A stretch of 64,000 bases of DNA from a bacterium (lineage in GTDB: Bacteria > UBA8248). Below, piece after piece: positions 58,515 to 64,000 of this stretch (position 1 is its first letter; each line of letters begins with the position of its first letter). The notes beneath the pieces were generated by a model. That model saw only the letters and a list, made by a program, of their open reading frames with translations. It ran no database searches and had not been told where the DNA came from. The stretch is from positions 2,272,001 to 2,336,000 of the forward strand of contig OY843592.1 in assembly GCA_963692865.2 (NCBI GenBank), in the 5' to 3' direction. A program made the translations under genes and the position numbers.

Positions 58515-60680
58515 TTAGCTTTGGGGTGACGGTTCGTTTTCTTCAGGAACAAGCGTGTTCCAGGAATCCCCTGCTATAAGGGTGTCAGGAATGATGATCG
58601 CAAAAACATCTCGCGGACCATGTACACCTTTGATGAGCGTCAGGGCGATGTCGGCCGAACGACTGGGTCCTGTGATGATATTGACGCAACTAGGCGAGGT
58701 GTCTTCTCCTTGCTTGAGGACTCTTTCGAGTTCAGGACCCAAAGAGGAAATATGAGGCAATATATTCTTTTCAGGAATGAGGGCCAAATGAGTTTCCGGC
58801 AACAGGGAATGGAGGCGCGGATGGCCGGGACCGCTCCGTAAGACGATACTGCCCGTCTCCGCAATAGCCCAGTCGCAGCCTGTGATCCCGATGCCGCACC
58901 GGGCGATTGCATCTCGGTTATCTCCGTCATTCGATGGAGATATCATGTCAAATCTCTCTTCTACAAGCCAATTGACTACTTCAACTGGCAAGCCATCACT
59001 TATGGCGATGGGGTATTCTTTCCATTTTGCCGCCAGGTGAAGAACATATTCTCGGATTTCATCTATGGAACTCGGGCGCAGAACGGGATTTGCCACCGCT
59101 TCGAACTCTGTGGCGAAACGTGCCGCAGTGTCCGGAACGCTTATTTCCGGCAGAGGGCCTTCGGGGCTTTTGAAATGACCGTGTGATAATCCATGCGCCG
59201 ACTCCAGGGCATGATGGGTTTTTACAACTATCGCTTCCGGGCTGTCTGTTCGTGGTATGTCAGAAGGTGTCAAAGACGAATTGCTGGATCCTCGTTTCTT
59301 TTCTCGCCAGCGCGCCCTGAAACTCTTTTTCGCAATTTGAGGAAGTTCGCGCCCCTGTGCCCATGTACCCGGAGGTCCCGGTAGCCATGCCGCCGTTTTG
59401 GCGTTCAAGAATCTGGAAAAAACGGCCGCCGCCCTGAAACCCATTTCCCAAACTAAGGGTTTGCGCATCGCCATGCCGATCAAGCGAAATGAAAGTCTTT
59501 CCATTAAGGCGTTATTTTTTTTGGCCGTTCTTGCTTCTCTCATTTCCAGCAACATACGGGGAATGTCGACGAATACGGGACAGGCGTCCATACAGGCGCC
59601 GCATAGACTCGAAGCTGTAGGAAGTTCTCCGGAAACGTCAAGGCCGCGGAGCATGGGGCTTAAGATCGATCCAATCGGCCCCCCGTATACCGAGTCGTAT
59701 GTATGGCCGCCGACTGTCTGGAATACGGGGCAGGCGTTTTGACAAGCCCCGCAGCGAATGCAATGGAATGCTTCCTGAAACGGCGTCCCGAGATGTCTGG
59801 AGCGTCCGCCGTCGAGGAGCACGAGATGAACTTCATCGGGCCCGTCCGCTTCGTTTCCCCTCCTCGGTCCGGTGAGCATGGTGAAATAGCTGGTGAGTTT
59901 TTGACCTGTTGCGCTGCGGGGTAGTACCGAGAGGAGCGTGAGCGTGTCTCGGAGCGTGGGCACCACTTTCTCGAACCCCATAATGGCCACGTGCACTTTG
60001 GGCAAGGTGGTGACGAGTCGCCCGTTTCCCTCGTTCGTGACGAGACAAAGCGTTCCGGTTTCCGCCACGGCGAAATTTACGCCGCTGATTCCCATCCCCG
60101 CGCGCAGGAATTCCGTTCTCAGTTTCTCGCGGGCAATTGATGTGAGGGCTTGGGGATCCGAACCGGCGTCGGGGTCTATTTTTTCGCGAAAAAGGTCTTG
60201 CACCTGCTTCAATGTCTTATGGATGGCCGGGGCCACGAGGTGGCTCGGCGTTTCGTTGGCCAGTTGAAGTATCCATTCGCCCAAATCGGTTTCATATGGG
60301 GTGATGCTCGCCGCCTCCAACGCCTGGTTCAGGTGAATCTCCTCGGACGCCATGGACTTGCTCTTGACGACGGTCTTGACGCCGTGCTTGCGGGCGATGT
60401 CGAGAACGATTCGCTTTGCGGAATCCGCGTCAAGCGCAGGATGAATGTGTACGCCGAGATTTTGGAGACTCTCGAACAAGGTTTCGAGATGTTTATCGAT
60501 CTCATCAAATGTTTTCCTGCGGATTTCTCTTGCTCTCGCCCGCAAGGCAAGCGGTGCGGCGGTCGATTCGAAGGCTTGATCCCGCTGGTTGGCGAATTTG
60601 CCTGTGGCTGCTTGAAGAGCCTCCTGAAGAGGAACATTGACCAAAGCGGAATTTGCGCGCTTATTAAAGGTTGTATTCAA
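58515..60680 (-). CDS. lutB: lactate utilization protein LutB/LldF fused to a LutC/LUD domain
   Basis: KSKSMASEE, ETDLGE, TNEGNG, CIRCGAC...CP, SSLCGAC...CP; C-terminal AETGS..., ITGPSRSADI, GVHGP. Confidence 0.9.
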   Translation of the reverse strand: MNTTFNKRANSALVNVPLQEALQAATGKFANQRDQAFESTAAPLALRARAREIRRKTFDEIDKHLETLFESLQNLGVHIHPALDADSAKRIVLDIARKHGVKTVVKSKSMASEEIHLNQALEAASITPYETDLGEWILQLANETPSHLVAPAIHKTLKQVQDLFREKIDPDAGSDPQALTSIAREKLRTEFLRAGMGISGVNFAVAETGTLCLVTNEGNGRLVTTLPKVHVAIMGFEKVVPTLRDTLTLLSVLPRSATGQKLTSYFTMLTGPRRGNEADGPDEVHLVLLDGGRSRHLGTPFQEAFHCIRCGACQNACPVFQTVGGHTYDSVYGGPIGSILSPMLRGLDVSGELPTASSLCGACMDACPVFVDIPRMLLEMREARTAKKNNALMERLSFRLIGMAMRKPLVWEMGFRAAAVFSRFLNAKTAAWLPGPPGTWAQGRELPQIAKKSFRARWREKKRGSSNSSLTPSDIPRTDSPEAIVVKTHHALESAHGLSHGHFKSPEGPLPEISVPDTAARFATEFEAVANPVLRPSSIDEIREYVLHLAAKWKEYPIAISDGLPVEVVNWLVEERFDMISPSNDGDNRDAIARCGIGITGCDWAIAETGSIVLRSGPGHPRLHSLLPETHLALIPEKNILPHISSLGPELERVLKQGEDTSPSCVNIITGPSRSADIALTLIKGVHGPRDVFAIIIPDTLIAGDSWNTLVPEENEPSPQS

Positions 60681-61453
60681 AGCCGATATTCCTCGGGCCA
60701 GCCCGGATTGTTCGGTCCGGCGAGAGCCTGCGCAAGATGGAGAAGTTTGATTTTCGATTTTCGTCTCGATAGTCCGCCCGAGATCTGGAGCATGCAGCCG
60801 GCGTCGGCCGCCACAAGCCAGGTCGCGTCGATTTTCTCGGCGGATTTGATCTTCTCTTCAAGCATCGCGCACGAGACTTCCGGGAATTTGACGGCGAACG
60901 AGCCGCCGAACCCACAGCAGCGGTCACAGTCGGGCAATTCTTCCCGGTTTTCGGCCACGCGATCGAGGCATTGACGGGGCGTTTGGTTTTCGCCCAATCC
61001 ACGGAGAAGGTGGCACGAATCGTGATACACGGTTTTCCCGGGAAGCGTAGCGCCGAAATTGCTCGCTTTTATCTGACAGAGGAATTGGGATAATTCGATT
61101 ACCCGCCCGGCAATTTGCGCGGCTTTTTCCCGCGCCCAAGGGTCGGCCGGGAACAAGGTGGGCAAAACGCATTTGAGCATCCATCCGCAAGAGCCCGAAG
61201 GGGCGATAATCGGAATGTCGCCCTCCAGCAGGTGCAACTGGGTTTCAAGAATTTTTCTTGCCTCCGCCCTGAAGCCGTTGTTGAAGTGAGGGAGTCCACA
61301 ACAGGTGAGCCCTTCCGGGCAAATCACCTCGATATCAGCGCTCTCGATCAAATGAACGGTGGCTTCGCCGACTTCAGGAAAAAACTGATCCACCAGACAC
61401 GTGGCGAAAAACAAGACGCGCTTGGGTCGATTTTCAGGTGATTCAAGAGACAT
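60677..61453 (-). CDS. lutA: lactate utilization protein LutA/LldE (CCG Fe-S domain)
   Basis: FATCLVD, TCCG, SGSC, YHDSCH, CCGFGG. Confidence 0.9.
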   Translation of the reverse strand: MSLESPENRPKRVLFFATCLVDQFFPEVGEATVHLIESADIEVICPEGLTCCGLPHFNNGFRAEARKILETQLHLLEGDIPIIAPSGSCGWMLKCVLPTLFPADPWAREKAAQIAGRVIELSQFLCQIKASNFGATLPGKTVYHDSCHLLRGLGENQTPRQCLDRVAENREELPDCDRCCGFGGSFAVKFPEVSCAMLEEKIKSAEKIDATWLVAADAGCMLQISGGLSRRKSKIKLLHLAQALAGPNNPGWPEEYRL

Positions 61454-61487
61454 GTTTGCTTTCCTGCCAGAGAACGTATAGCCCAAC

Positions 61488-61506
61488 AACAGCATATTAT
61501 GCTGTT
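61488..61506. promoter_or_regulatory. perfect palindrome, putative operator upstream of lutA
   Basis: aacagcata-t-tatgctgtt in the divergent intergenic region. Confidence 0.45.
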
Positions 61507-61668
61507 TTACGGCTTCAATACAAACGAAGTAAAAGGAGATTCGATTGAATCGAGACTTCATAAATGTTAGCTTCCATACGGCATCCGAATGAGGGCTGGG
61601 AGCGATTTAGGCGCCTTCATGGGAAATGCTCGATTTCCGTTTCATCGTCAAACACCGGGGCAATCGGG

Positions 61669-62010
61669 ATGTTCAGACAAAAGCGCTACGTTTTGGTATG
61701 TACCAACGAGCGTGCGGCGGACGACCCCAAGGGAAGCTGCGCAGGCTGCGGATCCGTGGAAGTCCGCGAGCGGATGAAATCCATTCTGGAAGGGAAAGAC
61801 CTCAAAGGCCGGGCGCGCATACTCGCGACGAGTTGCATGGATGTTTGCGAGAACGGGGCGGTTGTTTGTGTGATGCCCGATAACGTCTGGTATGGCGGCG
61901 TGAGGCCCGAGGACGCCGAAGATATCGTGGAAAAACATTTGGAAAACGGCGAGCCCGTGGAGCGGCTCCTGATACCCGAAGGCCTGAGCGGGCTTTCGTT
62001 GTTCGGTTGA
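61669..62010 (+). CDS. thioredoxin-like [2Fe-2S] ferredoxin
   Basis: VCTNER, GSC, SCMDVC, PDNVWYG.V, HL.NG.PVERL. Confidence 0.9.
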   Translation: MFRQKRYVLVCTNERAADDPKGSCAGCGSVEVRERMKSILEGKDLKGRARILATSCMDVCENGAVVCVMPDNVWYGGVRPEDAEDIVEKHLENGEPVERLLIPEGLSGLSLFG

Positions 62011-62055
62011 AGAAGGATAGCAAGAGTATCGCGTGTAATTTTGGGAGCGGATTAT

Positions 62056-63210
62056 ATGGACGTTCAGTTGAACGAGTTTCAGACCGCGCTGCAGAGCAGC
62101 GTCCGGCAATTCGTGAATCAGGAAGTGATACCCGTCGCCAGCGATTACGAACATAAGGACGAGTACCCCCATCCGCTGGTCGAGCGGATGAAGGAACTGG
62201 GCTATTTCGGCGCGCTCGTGCCGGAGCGTTACGGCGGCGGCGAGATGGATGCGATGAGCTTTACGGTTCTGACCGAGGAGTTGGCGCGGGGCTGGATGAG
62301 TTTGACGGGCGTGCTCGGCGGCCATTCGATGGTGGGATGGATGATCAACGAGTTCGGAAACGACGAGCAGCGCCGGGAGTGGCTCCCGGAGGTGTCCGAG
62401 GGGAAGATGCGTTTCGGCATCGGCATCACCGAGGCGGATGGCGGCTCCGACGTCGCGGCTTTGAGAACTTCCGCCCGCCGGGAGGGGCAGGACTACGTCG
62501 TCAACGGCTCGAAAATGTTCATCACCAACAGCGAGAACGCCACGCATTTCGCGATCATGGCCCGCACGAACCCCAAGGCGGAAAAACCCACCCGGGGGAT
62601 AAGCTGCATCCTCATGGACAGGAACCTGCCCGGTTTCAGCGCAAGCCGCCATCTGGACAAGATGGGATACAAGGGCCTTCGGACGGGTGAACTGGTTTTC
62701 GATGACTGCCCGGTGCCGGCTTCGTACCTGATCGGAGAGGAGAACAGGGGATTCCATCAGCTCATGGCGGCCCTGGAGTTGGGCCGTATCCAGGTGGCCG
62801 CCCGGGCGGTGGGGCTTCATGCCGCCTGCTTCGAGGATTCCATCAAGTACGCCCAGCAGAGAAAGAGCATGGGCAAGCCCATCGCCGAGCACCAGGCCAT
62901 CCAGATAAAACTCGCCGACATGGCCACCTCCCTCGAGGCGGCCCGCCAGCTCACCTACCGTGCGGCGCGCATGAAGGACCAGGGCATGCGGTGCGACCTC
63001 GAGGCCGGCATGGCGAAGCTCTTCGCCTCCGACGCCTGCCAGCGGGCCTCAGAAGCCGCCGTGCACATTCACGGGGGGTACGGCTACATCAAGGAGTTGC
63101 CCGTCGAGCGCTATTACCGCGACTCCATTCTCCTGCAGGTGGGCGAGGGCACGAACGACATTCAGCGGCTGGTGATCGCGAGGCGCCTGGTGGAGAAATA
63201 CCCCGCATGA
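62056..63210 (+). CDS. acyl-CoA dehydrogenase family protein
   Basis: TEADGGSD, NGSKMFITN, EAGMAK, HGGYGY, GEGTNDIQR. Confidence 0.94.
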   Translation: MDVQLNEFQTALQSSVRQFVNQEVIPVASDYEHKDEYPHPLVERMKELGYFGALVPERYGGGEMDAMSFTVLTEELARGWMSLTGVLGGHSMVGWMINEFGNDEQRREWLPEVSEGKMRFGIGITEADGGSDVAALRTSARREGQDYVVNGSKMFITNSENATHFAIMARTNPKAEKPTRGISCILMDRNLPGFSASRHLDKMGYKGLRTGELVFDDCPVPASYLIGEENRGFHQLMAALELGRIQVAARAVGLHAACFEDSIKYAQQRKSMGKPIAEHQAIQIKLADMATSLEAARQLTYRAARMKDQGMRCDLEAGMAKLFASDACQRASEAAVHIHGGYGYIKELPVERYYRDSILLQVGEGTNDIQRLVIARRLVEKYPA

Positions 63211-63529
63211 ATTTTACATAACTCCTGAATTCTTTTGCGTTGTAATTTGTCGAAAACCGGCCCATGAAATACATAACCCCATGAAAATCAATAGAATACA
63301 TTTTCAGGAATTTATCCAAAAACATCGTGAATTTATCTGAATTTATCCAATTTTGCAGGAATTCCGGACGGGGGGTTTTCGTCCCGTATTCAGGACGCTC
63401 CATCGTTTCGGCGTCCTTGTGAGCGTCGCGTTGTCCCGCCTTGCCCGAGCGCATGAAAATTCCTCCTCGCGGCGGATTCTGCCCCATCCCGCCGAGATCG
63501 CGATGACCGCAAATGCGAGGAAATGCGGG
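63211..63529 (-). repeat. non-coding element with phased GATAAATT repeats, related to 28211-28917
   Basis: gaatttatc(c/t) at 63308, 63329, 63339; homology blocks as described for the 28-kb copy. Confidence 0.65.
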
Positions 63530-63569
63530 TCAGTCTCTACCGATGAGGGCCGCTCCGGACCCCTCCCGC

Positions 63570-63928
63570 GTCCGCGGAACCCGGGCCCACACCCGTCAAC
63601 ACCTCCCGCGACGGCAGGCAACCGCCCGGAACCACCGCGCGTCGACCTTGCGCGTCACGGTCGGCCGCATACCCTTCCGGAATGGCCTCCGACTCCGCTT
63701 CCACCGCCTGGCGGATGATTCGCTGCGCGCCCTCGCGCGCCGGTTCGCTTAATTCGTCCCGAAAGGCTGGATTCCTGAAGGGAATCGTCGTATCTTCTCC
63801 CGTGGCGCCGCATCTCCCGTGGCGCCGCATCTCCTGTGTGCTGAATGACCGGGCTTTGGACAACCCTGTTTCAGCAGGATGCGCCGCCTTCTTCAATTCA
63901 GATCATACGCAAGATCTGAGAGTAACTC
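63570..63928 (-). pseudogene. IS256-family transposase 5' remnant with putative left inverted repeat
   Basis: EDTTIPFRNPAFRDELSE..REGAQRIIRQAVEAE...DAQGRRAVV..G.LPSREVLTGVGP resembles IS256 N-termini; end gagttactctcagatcttgcgtat on minus strand. Confidence 0.7.
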
Positions 63929-64000
63929 TGTAGCCGCCGCATGTATGGTTACATAAACGCGAATACTAGTTTGTAGCATTGTTCAGAGGTATAATTGTCG

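Noticed and set aside
63211-63238. dif-like site (minus strand ends TTATGTAAAAT, like a XerD arm)
   Set aside because: The matching XerC arm is absent; I found no complete dif site in the window.

Overview
Bacterial chromosomal window, probably from an environmental or host-associated GC-rich lineage with deltaproteobacteria-like markers (PxxKW protein, IspH-UbiA fusion); the taxon is an inference. It has two compositional regimes. (1) From 1 to ~30.4 kb, and again from ~61.7 kb, the DNA is very GC-rich. The left part carries accessory catabolic and transport genes: a TAXI-TRAP and a DctPQM TRAP transporter, an atypical SucCD/ACL-like ligase, SDR, YbdK ligase, PhoX, LLM monooxygenase, FMN oxidase, PQQ sugar dehydrogenase and a glycine-oxidase-like enzyme. 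It also holds an internally deleted DNA methyltransferase, a two-gene ATPase + MAD4/TOPRIM-like candidate defence module, a direct-repeat-flanked AT-rich secreted-protein cassette, higBA, and dense nested GTAG/CGTC REP palindromes inside small TIR-bounded elements. (2) From ~30.4 to ~61.6 kb the DNA is markedly less GC-rich, I see none of these repeats, and it carries core genes: tRNA-Gln, gltX, an AsmA-like protein with four ~172-aa repeats, ftsK, trxA, ispH-ubiA, glnB-glnD-glnA and lutA/lutBC. This central block is bracketed, in inverted orientation, by two related non-coding elements built from 10-bp-phased repeats (28.2-28.9 kb and 63.2-63.5 kb). An IS256 remnant ends the window. No CRISPR array, rRNA or intact integrase/transposase was seen. 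Gene calls come from recognising motifs by eye; no database search was run.
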